A stretch of DNA of 56,594 nucleotides from a virus (IMGVR_UViG_3300025151_000041:1-56594), one strand, 5' to 3'. Shown: positions 30,181-37,981, numbered from the stretch's first letter. The notes: generated by a model from the letters alone, not told the origin. Translations and numbers: made by a program.

Positions 30181-30445
30181 TAAATTAAAAGATCAATTTC
30201 CACAAATTGAAGAGGAAGGACTTTTACTTGCTGATGGTCTCGAAGAAGCCTTTATGGGTTTGGGTTGGCAGTTCAGAAAATTAGTTGCAGTCTACGACAT
30301 AGAAAAAGTTTTAATGAAATTTGAAAGAGATGGTATGACAGCAGAACAAGCGGTTGAGTATTTTGAATACAACGTGCAAGGAGCATACGTTGGAGAAGAT
30401 ACGCCCATTTTTCTAAGAAAATTCATAAGAGAAACAAAACATTAA
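30158..30445 (+). CDS. conserved phage hypothetical protein
   Basis: L.ADG.E.A.MG, AVYD, DGMT.E.A.EYFEYN..GAYVGE.TPIF. Confidence 0.65.
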   Translation: MENEDFLNKLKDQFPQIEEEGLLLADGLEEAFMGLGWQFRKLVAVYDIEKVLMKFERDGMTAEQAVEYFEYNVQGAYVGEDTPIFLRKFIRETKH

Positions 30446-30528
30446 TCTTACAGAGCAATTACTTGTTGTTTCTGTTTGGTTGTACAGTATTATATATATG
30501 TAAGGCAATTTTGTAGAAAGGAAATGCT

Positions 30529-30930
30529 ATGCCAGATTTACGCAGTGAAGAACTAAAAAGTGAACTTGCCCAATTTTGGGGTACAGAAAACTACTACGCT
30601 CATGTATTACCCATGTGCAATGAAAAACTTACATTGACAGATGGTGTTAAGTATTGGGCAGAAAAAGTCGGTGGCTATTGGTTTTTAGATATCGTGCTTA
30701 CCGAGATTATACCCTACATCAATGACCCCGAAAACAACGAGGGGGATTACCCTATTCAAAACTTTGCGTGTGTTGAGCTTGACGTTATCGACGACGAAGC
30801 TGACATTCGTTTTGGTGATGGTAGCGGTGAAACTCGTGTGTGGAAACACATTGACTTTACCGATTGTCCAGCAGGTACTTGGTCGTTTTGGATCGAAGGT
30901 GGGGTTATGCTTCTCCCTTCGGAACACTAA
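30529..30930 (+). CDS. DUF6876-like protein
   Basis: QF.GTENYY.H, LTDGV.Y.AE..G.YWFLD, I.FTD.P, MLLPSEH. Confidence 0.6.
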   Translation: MPDLRSEELKSELAQFWGTENYYAHVLPMCNEKLTLTDGVKYWAEKVGGYWFLDIVLTEIIPYINDPENNEGDYPIQNFACVELDVIDDEADIRFGDGSGETRVWKHIDFTDCPAGTWSFWIEGGVMLLPSEH

Positions 30931-30933
30931 CCT

Positions 30934-31212
30934 ATGGCAATCGAGCTAGACATAACACTTTTGCAGAACCTAACGTACCTTGTGTTCATAGATTTTACAA
31001 AAGCTGATTATGATACCTTTGGCGGTGTGAGGAGCAACAATCCTCGCATTGCTAAAGATCGTGACAAAACCATTTACATAATAGATGGGAGTCGTTTGAT
31101 GTTGGTGTACGAAGACGGTAGGGAGGAGCATTATGCTCTACATAATGATGTGGTTATTGATACTACTGGTTTTCTACAACCTGTTAGGAAAAAAGTAAGG
31201 GAGGCAGTGTAA
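30934..31212 (+). CDS. early hypothetical protein
   Basis: 92 aa ORF. Confidence 0.5.
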   Translation: MAIELDITLLQNLTYLVFIDFTKADYDTFGGVRSNNPRIAKDRDKTIYIIDGSRLMLVYEDGREEHYALHNDVVIDTTGFLQPVRKKVREAV

Positions 31213-31310
31213 TGACGTTGATGAAATTTATTTTAGAAACATTAACTTTTGTTCTATTCATAGGCTCTGTTTATGCTTTTTTCATAGTGAGCTATCTATA
31301 CTTTGGATAG
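31212..31310 (+). CDS. small membrane peptide (32 aa)
   Basis: Manual: MTLMKFILETLTFVLFIGSVYAFFIVSYLYFG*; GAGG RBS; start overlaps upstream stop. Confidence 0.45.
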   Translation: MTLMKFILETLTFVLFIGSVYAFFIVSYLYFG

Positions 31311-31316
31311 CAAGCT

Positions 31317-31466
31317 ATGGAAATCTTAACATGGGTTAACACTTTGATATCGTTGAGCTTTTGTCTTTCGCCAAGTATTCTTTTGTACAAAGTAGATTTG
31401 CATGGATTGACGCTTGCTTGGATTTTCTGCACCATGAGTATTTTTGCTTCCATGTTGTGGCTATAG
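31317..31466 (+). CDS. small membrane protein (49 aa)
   Basis: Manual: MEILTWVNTLISLSFCLSPSILLYKVDLHGLTLAWIFCTMSIFASMLWL*. Confidence 0.4.
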   Translation: MEILTWVNTLISLSFCLSPSILLYKVDLHGLTLAWIFCTMSIFASMLWL

Positions 31467-31518
31467 ATTAAAAAGTGTTTTGTAAGAAAAATTTAGTGTT
31501 TTATAATAAAATAAAGTT

Positions 31519-31617
31519 AAGCAGTAGAACGTGTTAACAAGGATATGCTGACGTTCTTGGCACAAAGGTTTTACAGGTGTTCTACTGTTTTGGTTAATCT
31601 GTAGAACCAAGTCAGCA
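31519..31617 (+). ncRNA. candidate pseudoknotted 5' leader RNA
   Basis: Three complementary helices between a TATAAT promoter and the RBS of ORF 31650 (see findings). Confidence 0.4.
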
Positions 31618-31649
31618 CCACTTTTACACAACCAAAGAAAGGGTTTGTT

Positions 31650-31898
31650 ATGGCAGATGTTCATTGTAGGTTTTGTGGAGAGCCTACCGAAATAGAATTT
31701 TTCCACGAAGCCGAAGATATTAATGGTCGGCTGATGAGTTTCAAAGAAGCAAGTGCAAAGTTTGTCAAGTATGGGTGTGGTTTTCAAGAAGAAGAAAAAT
31801 GCACATATTCAATGGTTGACAAGAACAGGGCAATAGAGGCAGAGGCTTTACAAGCACTCTCCGAACACCCTGACGATTGGTTTGGGCTACAATGGTAA
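31650..31898 (+). CDS. small Cys-containing early protein
   Basis: HCRFCGEP, GC...C; AGAAAGGG leader. Confidence 0.6.
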   Translation: MADVHCRFCGEPTEIEFFHEAEDINGRLMSFKEASAKFVKYGCGFQEEEKCTYSMVDKNRAIEAEALQALSEHPDDWFGLQW

Positions 31899-31911
31899 GA
31901 AAGGTAAGCAA

Positions 31912-32478
31912 ATGACAAAGTTATTTCCAGAAAGCGAAGACGAAGAAGACAATGCCGTGTGTACAGACATTGCAAGTCGAGACGAGTTAGGTCGAAAGGT
32001 AAATCGAGACGAGTTAGGTCGAGAAGAGTCTATTTCACCAACTCCAGAAGCAGAAGAACTTGCTAATTCTATGTTTGATTTCCAAAGTACATTAACCACT
32101 TTTGTTGACTCGACAGTGGCTCAAGAAGAACACCTTACTAGCAGGTTAGACAAGCAACTTGAAATGATAAAAGCTCTGCAGGAAAAAGTCGACGATCTTA
32201 CGTCACGGCACAAAGATATTCATGACAGTATTCAAGGTGATTGGTTGAAACAACAAGTCGAAGATTCTATAAAAGACGATTGGTTGCAGGAAGAAGTTGA
32301 ACGCTTAGTATGGCGAACCTGCGAAGAAGCCAAAGAAGACATAAAAGATGAAACACGAGACTTCGTTGCCGAAGAAACAAGAAACGATTACAAAGATAAA
32401 TTTGATGAAATGTTTGGAAACATGAGCGAGGAGCTTCGTAAAATTGACGAAAACCTTGCAAAGATATTGAAAAAATGA
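31912..32478 (+). CDS. acidic coiled-coil early protein
   Basis: Start MTKLF after AGAAAGG; very D/E-rich. Confidence 0.6.
   Translation: MTKLFPESEDEEDNAVCTDIASRDELGRKVNRDELGREESISPTPEAEELANSMFDFQSTLTTFVDSTVAQEEHLTSRLDKQLEMIKALQEKVDDLTSRHKDIHDSIQGDWLKQQVEDSIKDDWLQEEVERLVWRTCEEAKEDIKDETRDFVAEETRNDYKDKFDEMFGNMSEELRKIDENLAKILKK
31977..32022 (+). repeat. 19-bp direct repeat, 27-bp period
   Basis: tcgagacgagttaggtcga at 31977 and 32004 (RDELGR x2). Confidence 0.85.
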
Positions 32479-32489
32479 TTTAATAGTTT

Positions 32490-32600
32490 AAATGGTTTCC
32501 TACACCAAGCTGACCATATCCGTCCCCTTGTGAATGGTCGCACACTTAGGGCTAGATGTTCGCACCCCTTCTCTCCATAGAACATCTAGCCTTTTTTTCT
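32490..32600 (+). ncRNA. candidate small RNA with C/U-rich loops ending in a terminator
   Basis: TTGCAA-17-TTTAAT at 32456-32484; hairpins gaccat/atggtc and agggctagatgttc/gaacatctagcctt plus T-tract. Confidence 0.35.
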
Positions 32601-32862
32601 TGGTAAAGTTTTAAAAAAGCAAAGATTTACATGATTTTTTGCAAGGTAGGTAAGTACCCAAAAACACGAAAGACTTACTGTACGGTGATCTATAAGCACT
32701 CTTTTTTAGGCAGAAAACCGCCAATAAAGGCTTTTTACCCCAGATTACTTTTTTGTCTGCTAGAACACAAAAGGTTTGTGTTTGAACAATCCTGTTGTAT
32801 ACTGCTAGGGCAAGTGAGCAAAAGCTCATAAAAAACGCCAAACTCTTAGAAAGGGGGTTATC

Positions 32863-33324
32863 ATGGCAACACCTAAGAAAAAGGTAGTTGAGAAAAAACA
32901 AGACAAACTTGTTTCTTTGAAAACTGCTACTCCAACAAAGGCTATCCCAGTCGAGTTGGAAAGGGGTAAAGACGAACTTACTCCAGCACACGTTCTTACT
33001 TGGATCAATGAAAATGCAGGTGGGGACAAAAACAACGTCGAAGTTGTTCCAGTCGACACCGTTGACCAACAAGCCGAAAAGCCTGTTCCATTTGGCTACG
33101 GCGGAAAAGCTAACGGTCCACGGGCTACGTTCCAAAATTGGCACATTCGTGGTGTAGACGGCGACCGTCGTCTTGGCAAAATTTTGGAAAGTTGTCGTAA
33201 AGTAGATAAATCGCACAGCCAGACCGAAATGATCTGCACTATGGCATTACTGAACGGTGGCTATGGTCGAAATTCTAACACATGGGGTGTTCCCTTTATC
33301 AAGTTAAGGGCTATCCAACCCTAA
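32863..33324 (+). CDS. early hypothetical protein with basic N-terminus
   Basis: AGAAAGGGGG RBS; 153 aa. Confidence 0.65.
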   Translation: MATPKKKVVEKKQDKLVSLKTATPTKAIPVELERGKDELTPAHVLTWINENAGGDKNNVEVVPVDTVDQQAEKPVPFGYGGKANGPRATFQNWHIRGVDGDRRLGKILESCRKVDKSHSQTEMICTMALLNGGYGRNSNTWGVPFIKLRAIQP

Positions 33325-33333
33325 TATCCGCAC

Positions 33334-33428
33334 AGGGCTAAGTGTTCCACAAGAGCACTTAGCCTTTTGTTTCTTGCGTTTTTTGTGGCACTTTATAGTG
33401 TTAACAACAACCATAGAAAGGGTATATT
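33334..33428 (+). promoter_or_regulatory. hairpin-promoter-RBS cassette boundary, copy A
   Basis: agggctaagtgttc-cacaa-gagcacttagcctt; TTGCGT...TATAGT; gttaacaacaaccatagaaaggg. Confidence 0.7.
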
Positions 33429-33878
33429 ATGGAACCAGATTTAATTATAAATCGTACTTTACAATCCAGCTTGTTTAAGGATCCAAGTTTAAAGCATCAT
33501 GGCTTTATGTTTTTCGACAGTATTCTCGATAACAAAAATTTCTTGCAAGCCTTAAAAACAAGAAATTATAATGATCGGCAAATTACACATTTAGATCTTT
33601 TATACCAATCATTTTGCCGATATCCAAATCGTACAACGTGGGCTTTGGTTACTTCTTTTTCCGACGAAGCCAACGTATTTGTTTCCGATTACTGTAACAA
33701 ACATCTAACACACCAAGAAAAATTTAACCTGTTAGACGAAAATACAAATCTCGGCTACACACGTTGGATCGACAAAACAACAGGTGAAAAATACCACTGC
33801 GTCCAAGTCGTCGACGATCTCGACACCGACGAAAGTGCAGAACCAGCAAGCGAAATCTGGTTTTTCGGTGGCGTTTAA
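33429..33878 (+). CDS. early hypothetical protein
   Basis: 149 aa after cassette leader. Confidence 0.65.
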   Translation: MEPDLIINRTLQSSLFKDPSLKHHGFMFFDSILDNKNFLQALKTRNYNDRQITHLDLLYQSFCRYPNRTTWALVTSFSDEANVFVSDYCNKHLTHQEKFNLLDENTNLGYTRWIDKTTGEKYHCVQVVDDLDTDESAEPASEIWFFGGV

Positions 33879-33886
33879 AATCTAGC

Positions 33887-33922
33887 AACTAGGCACGTTC
33901 TACGGGGCGTGTCTAGTTTTTA
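33887..33922 (+). terminator. intrinsic terminator-like hairpin
   Basis: aactaggcacgttc-tacg-gggcgtgtctagtt followed by T-tract. Confidence 0.65.
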
Positions 33923-33947
33923 ATTATTTATTGTGAAAGGCAAAGTT

Positions 33948-34385
33948 ATGGAAAACAATTTACAATGGTTTTTAGAAAACTGTAAAAAACAATGTACTAG
34001 GGAAATGCTTTACAAAGATCCTTTAAACTTAGGTTCTGGAAGAAAATACCACGAATCTACTACAGTGGAAATTAAACATTACGACCCCGAAGTAGATACG
34101 ATACCCGAAAAATTCTTAGAAACTCCAGAAGATTGGTACTTCATTTATGATCACATAGAGTTATTAAAAATGTCAAGACCATGGATTAAACATAGCGAAA
34201 ATCCAGAATTTATTTATTCTGACCATATCGACAAAGTGGAAATTTACGTTACAAGACATTTCGGTACTATGAAAACCAGAGATAAACTTAAAGAGATGGT
34301 GCTAAAGGTAAATCACACTGTGTACGGGGAAGGTGGTTATCGTAGCACGGATTATTATCAATTAACTTTAAATGAAGTTAAATAA
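33948..34385 (+). CDS. early hypothetical protein
   Basis: Start MENNL after GAAAGG. Confidence 0.6.
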   Translation: MENNLQWFLENCKKQCTREMLYKDPLNLGSGRKYHESTTVEIKHYDPEVDTIPEKFLETPEDWYFIYDHIELLKMSRPWIKHSENPEFIYSDHIDKVEIYVTRHFGTMKTRDKLKEMVLKVNHTVYGEGGYRSTDYYQLTLNEVK

Positions 34386-34469
34386 CTCTTTGTGACCATT
34401 TGCCGTTTTGGTGGAACGTAGGTTTATGGTACTTTGTAATGTTAACAATTAGCCAAGAAAGGGCAAATT

Positions 34470-34961
34470 ATGAACATGATTGATGATATCGAAATTTCGA
34501 AAAACTTAAATTCCTGGGAAGAGATTAGCTGGGAATTTTTAAACCAAAACGTCTACGATAGTACCGAGTACGACGAAGACGGCAATAACCCATTAGCCAA
34601 AGAAATAGTTGCCAAGTTGCAAGAAATTTTAAGCGGTGATTTAAGCGGTACAGTTCACGACAAAGACAACGATTTTTTGGATAAAATATACCTGTACGAT
34701 CCCGAGATTGGTGGCGAAACACCCGAAGATTTAATTTTGTTTTGCACAAAACAAGACGAGTTTGTTGGGTCCACCGGAAGCCTTAAATGGGTAACAGTGT
34801 GGGAAAAGGACTACGCCGACACAAAAAACCAAACCTATCATTATATAAAAGTTTTAAATGATTACCCCGAAACCCTAGATTACCTTTACATGGAAATTGG
34901 GTTAAGCGGTAGTCCTAACAGTAGCATTACGCCATTCTTTGTAAAAGCAAGAATGTCGTAA
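34470..34961 (+). CDS. early acidic hypothetical protein
   Basis: AGAAAGGG leader; D/E-rich. Confidence 0.65.
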   Translation: MNMIDDIEISKNLNSWEEISWEFLNQNVYDSTEYDEDGNNPLAKEIVAKLQEILSGDLSGTVHDKDNDFLDKIYLYDPEIGGETPEDLILFCTKQDEFVGSTGSLKWVTVWEKDYADTKNQTYHYIKVLNDYPETLDYLYMEIGLSGSPNSSITPFFVKARMS

Positions 34962-34977
34962 CCCAATAACCAAGAAA

Positions 34978-35070
34978 GCAAAGTGTTCTGCGTGAACACT
35001 TTGCCCTTTGTTCTTGCACAACACTTGTTATAATTGCTTATCGACAATAACCATAGAAAGGGGGGTTAAA
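34978..35070 (+). promoter_or_regulatory. hairpin-promoter-RBS cassette boundary, copy B
   Basis: gcaaagtgttc-tgcgt-gaacactttgc; acttgtTATAAT; aaccatagaaagggggg. Confidence 0.7.
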
Positions 35071-35277
35071 ATGGAACCCAAAGTTTTGTTTACTAAAAAA
35101 ATCTTTTTTAACGGTAAGTGGGAAACCGTTAATGTTTATCCAACTGCCGTTGCCCGTGGATTTGGGGCATTGGATCGCAAAGGCACTCGTGGACTAAACA
35201 AAAGACCCACTAGCCTACACGTCACCGACCTTCACGGATTAAAAACCGTTCCTGTTAAATACCCAGAAACCGCATAA
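35071..35277 (+). CDS. small basic early protein
   Basis: Start MEPKV after cassette RBS. Confidence 0.55.
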   Translation: MEPKVLFTKKIFFNGKWETVNVYPTAVARGFGALDRKGTRGLNKRPTSLHVTDLHGLKTVPVKYPETA

Positions 35278-35282
35278 CCAAG

Positions 35283-35381
35283 AAGGGCAAAGTATTCCAC
35301 AAGAGTACTTTGCCCTTTTTTCTTTGGTCTTACTTGTTATAATTACCTGTTAACAACAACCATAGAAAGGGTTTACTAACC
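35283..35381 (+). promoter_or_regulatory. hairpin-promoter-RBS cassette boundary, copy C
   Basis: aagggcaaagtattc-cacaa-gagtactttgccctt; acttgtTATAAT; gttaacaacaaccatagaaaggg. Confidence 0.7.
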
Positions 35382-35846
35382 ATGAAAAAATACGATCTCG
35401 AAAAATGGCAAGGGTATTCTCAACTTGCCACCGTTCCAACCGAAAAGGTGCTTTTTGGTCTTATCGACACAGTTGTCGAAGAAGCAAATGCTAAATGGTC
35501 ATTTAAATGTTTTTTGGAAGTCGATTACGAAGCACAACAAAAAAGAATGCCAGGATCTTATACAGTACCAAAACCACTCTGGTACAATATCGAAGAACAC
35601 GGCGTTCAGCCACAACTTATCGAAGAAATTAAACAGGTTGTCGACAATCCTAAAAAATTGTGCGGTCAACCTATTGTTCTCAATATGCCTCTTGATTTTA
35701 TGGGTTTGGATAAAAGCACCGACGCTGTTCTGCGTGGTATAGAAAAAACCGAAATCAAGTTTTACCACCATCCACAGGGGTTGCTAATCGAAATTTCTTA
35801 CGACGATTACGGTCCTCAAGATTACATTTTATGTCATACAAAATAA
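35382..35846 (+). CDS. early hypothetical protein
   Basis: 154 aa after cassette leader. Confidence 0.65.
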   Translation: MKKYDLEKWQGYSQLATVPTEKVLFGLIDTVVEEANAKWSFKCFLEVDYEAQQKRMPGSYTVPKPLWYNIEEHGVQPQLIEEIKQVVDNPKKLCGQPIVLNMPLDFMGLDKSTDAVLRGIEKTEIKFYHHPQGLLIEISYDDYGPQDYILCHTK

Positions 35847-35865
35847 CCATAGAAAGGGGTTTATC

Positions 35866-36186
35866 ATGGGTTATACAAACTATTGGAAACAACACACAAA
35901 TATTCCAGACGAAGTTTGGGATTCAATACGAAAAGAAATCGAATGGCTAATAGAATATATTGGTGACGGTTGTATCGAAGTGTTGGAAAATAGCTCGGAA
36001 ACTATTGCCTTTAACGGCAGAAAACAAAACGCACACGAAAATTTTGTTCTCAAGAAAACAAAAACCAAGGACGGTTTTAACTTCTGCAAAACCAACAGAA
36101 AACCTTACGATCTCGCAGTATGGCATATTCTAACGTATACAAGCCATTTGTTAGGAACAAATTTCGAAATTAGCAGGGACGAATGA
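35866..36186 (+). CDS. conserved phage hypothetical protein
   Basis: MGYTNYW, FNG....HENF, FNFCKTNRKPYD.AV; aaccatagaaagggg leader. Confidence 0.7.
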   Translation: MGYTNYWKQHTNIPDEVWDSIRKEIEWLIEYIGDGCIEVLENSSETIAFNGRKQNAHENFVLKKTKTKDGFNFCKTNRKPYDLAVWHILTYTSHLLGTNFEISRDE

Positions 36187-36189
36187 CCA

Positions 36190-36359
36190 AGTTTTCTATA
36201 TAGATGTTATAGTGGAGATATTGATGTAAAAGTTTTTCACAAGTACAGAATATACAATATATCTTATATAGTCAAAAGTAACATTTTCCGCTGATATGGG
36301 GTCAAGATATATTTATTTTTTTGATGATCATTTCTTCACTAGCACATCTATAAAGAAAA
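36190..36359. repeat. inverted-repeat-bounded non-coding element, copy 2
   Basis: ttttctatatagatgttatagtg ... cactagcacatctataaagaaaa; shares internal blocks with copy 1. Confidence 0.85.
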
Positions 36360-36394
36360 GTATAAACTAAGCTAAGAAAAACTAGGAGGACAGA

Positions 36395-36976
36395 ATGGCA
36401 ACTGTAAAAATGACTCACAAACCCAAACTTGAGGTTGTAGCAAATCCCAAAACCGAGAAGGGAATTTCCCCAAAGCAAGAACGTTTTGCTCAAATTTACT
36501 GTAGCGAAGAACTCACGCAAACGGAAGCGGCAATCAAAGCAGGGTATCCAAAACAATCGGCTCACGTTTTGGCAAGTCAGCTACTCAATGGAAAACGATA
36601 CCCAAAGGTTGTAGAACGTATCCGTGAAATCAAACAAGAACTTGCTCGCAAGTATGAAGTCACATTCGAAAGCCATGTGAAACAACTTGCTTCGCTCCGA
36701 GACAGTGCCGTACAGAATGGCAACTTCTCAGCCGCCGTATCTGCCGAAAAGTATAGAGGTCAAGCGGCTGGATTGTATATCGACAGGAAAGAAATACTGC
36801 ATGGCAAGATTGATCAAATGTCGAAGGAAGAGGTTATGGAAAAAATTAAACAATTACAGCAAGAGTTTCCTGGACTGCAAGCAGTGGCAGAGGGAAACGT
36901 AATCGAAGTGGAGGCAGAGCAAATCACCGATGAAAGTGGAAAGCAAGCTATGGAAACAACTAAAACAAAACACTGA
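36395..36976 (+). CDS. terS: terminase small subunit
   Basis: SPKQERFA...TQTEAAIKAGY....A...ASQLL HTH; AAVSAE..RG...GLY. Confidence 0.8.
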   Translation: MATVKMTHKPKLEVVANPKTEKGISPKQERFAQIYCSEELTQTEAAIKAGYPKQSAHVLASQLLNGKRYPKVVERIREIKQELARKYEVTFESHVKQLASLRDSAVQNGNFSAAVSAEKYRGQAAGLYIDRKEILHGKIDQMSKEEVMEKIKQLQQEFPGLQAVAEGNVIEVEAEQITDESGKQAMETTKTKH

Positions 36977-37385
36977 GCGTGAGGTATTTTGGACACGTAT
37001 TGAGTCATGGTCGCTTCCTGGAGTACCAGATCTTCACGGCATTGTAGATGGTAAAGCATTTTGGTTAGAATTGAAGGTTCACAAACTAAAAAAGATTAAT
37101 AGCTTGCTATTGAGTCCACATCAAAAACTGTGGCAAATCCGCTACACAATGTCTGGCGGTAAAGTTTGGAACTTAGTTGACCACCCTTCCTCCTCCACCC
37201 TCTATTTATTTTTGCCTTCGGAATCATTGGTAAAGGATCAAAAAGTAAGAGTAGAGAAGAAAAGACCGTCATCAAAAGTTTATCATAAAATTGGTAAAGA
37301 TGCAGAGTTAAATAATCCTGTTTGGCAGTCCCCCTCCCCGTATGATTGGAAAGGTTTGATCAATCATATTCTGTCCTCCTTTTAG
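36930..37385 (+). CDS. VRR-NUC / Holliday-junction resolvase-like PD-(D/E)xK nuclease
   Basis: ESKLW, RIES...GVPDL, FWLELK, LSPHQ..W. Confidence 0.75.
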   Translation: MKVESKLWKQLKQNTEREVFWTRIESWSLPGVPDLHGIVDGKAFWLELKVHKLKKINSLLLSPHQKLWQIRYTMSGGKVWNLVDHPSSSTLYLFLPSESLVKDQKVRVEKKRPSSKVYHKIGKDAELNNPVWQSPSPYDWKGLINHILSSF

Positions 37386-37467
37386 AATTGACGTGGTAAG
37401 GTAAGAAAAGGAAAGACGGACAATGGTTTCTGGTCTGTTCTAATCCAGTCAGTAGAAAAGAAAAAAA

Positions 37468-37502
37468 TAGATTAGATTAGACCAGAGTAGATTAGACTAG
37501 AC
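37468..37502. repeat. 7 x 5-bp tandem repeat (consensus TAGAY)
   Basis: tagat tagat tagac cagag tagat tagac tagac. Confidence 0.8.
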
Positions 37503-37606
37503 CCTTTCATACTTACTTGCTCTACGTGACCATAAAACTGTTGTTTAGGACTTATAGTTTGGTAGTTTGTATTTGCTTAATATTAACACAACGAAAGGCA
37601 ACGGTC

Positions 37607-37981
37607 ATGAGCAACGATCATATCGAAAACGACATACTTATAAAAGGCGACCCCAACATAGTTTCTAAGTACCAGCAAATCCTCGAAAACGAATTTGGGT
37701 TGTTTGGGTCAATAGTAGTAAACGAAGGTCCAGGGTGGGCTAGTGTGGGTTGCATTTTCGACGACGATTACAGGCAATACAACGATCTAAAAACATTTGC
37801 TAAAAATTTATTGCAACAGTTAAACAAGTCTAGGGCAAGCCAACGAATATTCGACAGGCACGATCCTGCAAAACTCGAATACCATTGGTATTATATTTTT
37901 GGTAGCGAGATCGACAAACAGTTAAACGGTATAAGTGGTCATTACAGCATGGTTCGAAACTTTTTCGATAATAGGTGTTAG
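37607..37981 (+). CDS. early-type hypothetical protein
   Basis: Start MSNDH after acgaaagg leader. Confidence 0.65.
   Translation: MSNDHIENDILIKGDPNIVSKYQQILENEFGLFGSIVVNEGPGWASVGCIFDDDYRQYNDLKTFAKNLLQQLNKSRASQRIFDRHDPAKLEYHWYYIFGSEIDKQLNGISGHYSMVRNFFDNRC

Noticed and set aside
31519-31617. HDV-like, hammerhead or twister ribozyme
   Set aside because: Helix order is superficially HDV-like, but P3/L3 size and the catalytic J4/2 residues do not fit, and there is no CUGANGA/GAAA core.
32611-33216. 201-aa minus-strand ORF and the other short minus-strand ORFs, including 56041-56592
   Set aside because: Antisense shadows of well-supported plus-strand genes, with no RBS or motifs; only the SNF2 helicase is accepted on the minus strand.
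33329-33366. cgcacagggc resembles the start of a c-di-GMP-I riboswitch
   Set aside because: The remaining consensus is missing; the sequence is one of the repeated cassette hairpins.
33334-35381. CRISPR array or integron attC array
   Set aside because: Repeats are degenerate, separated by whole genes and include promoters; no cas or integrase gene is present.
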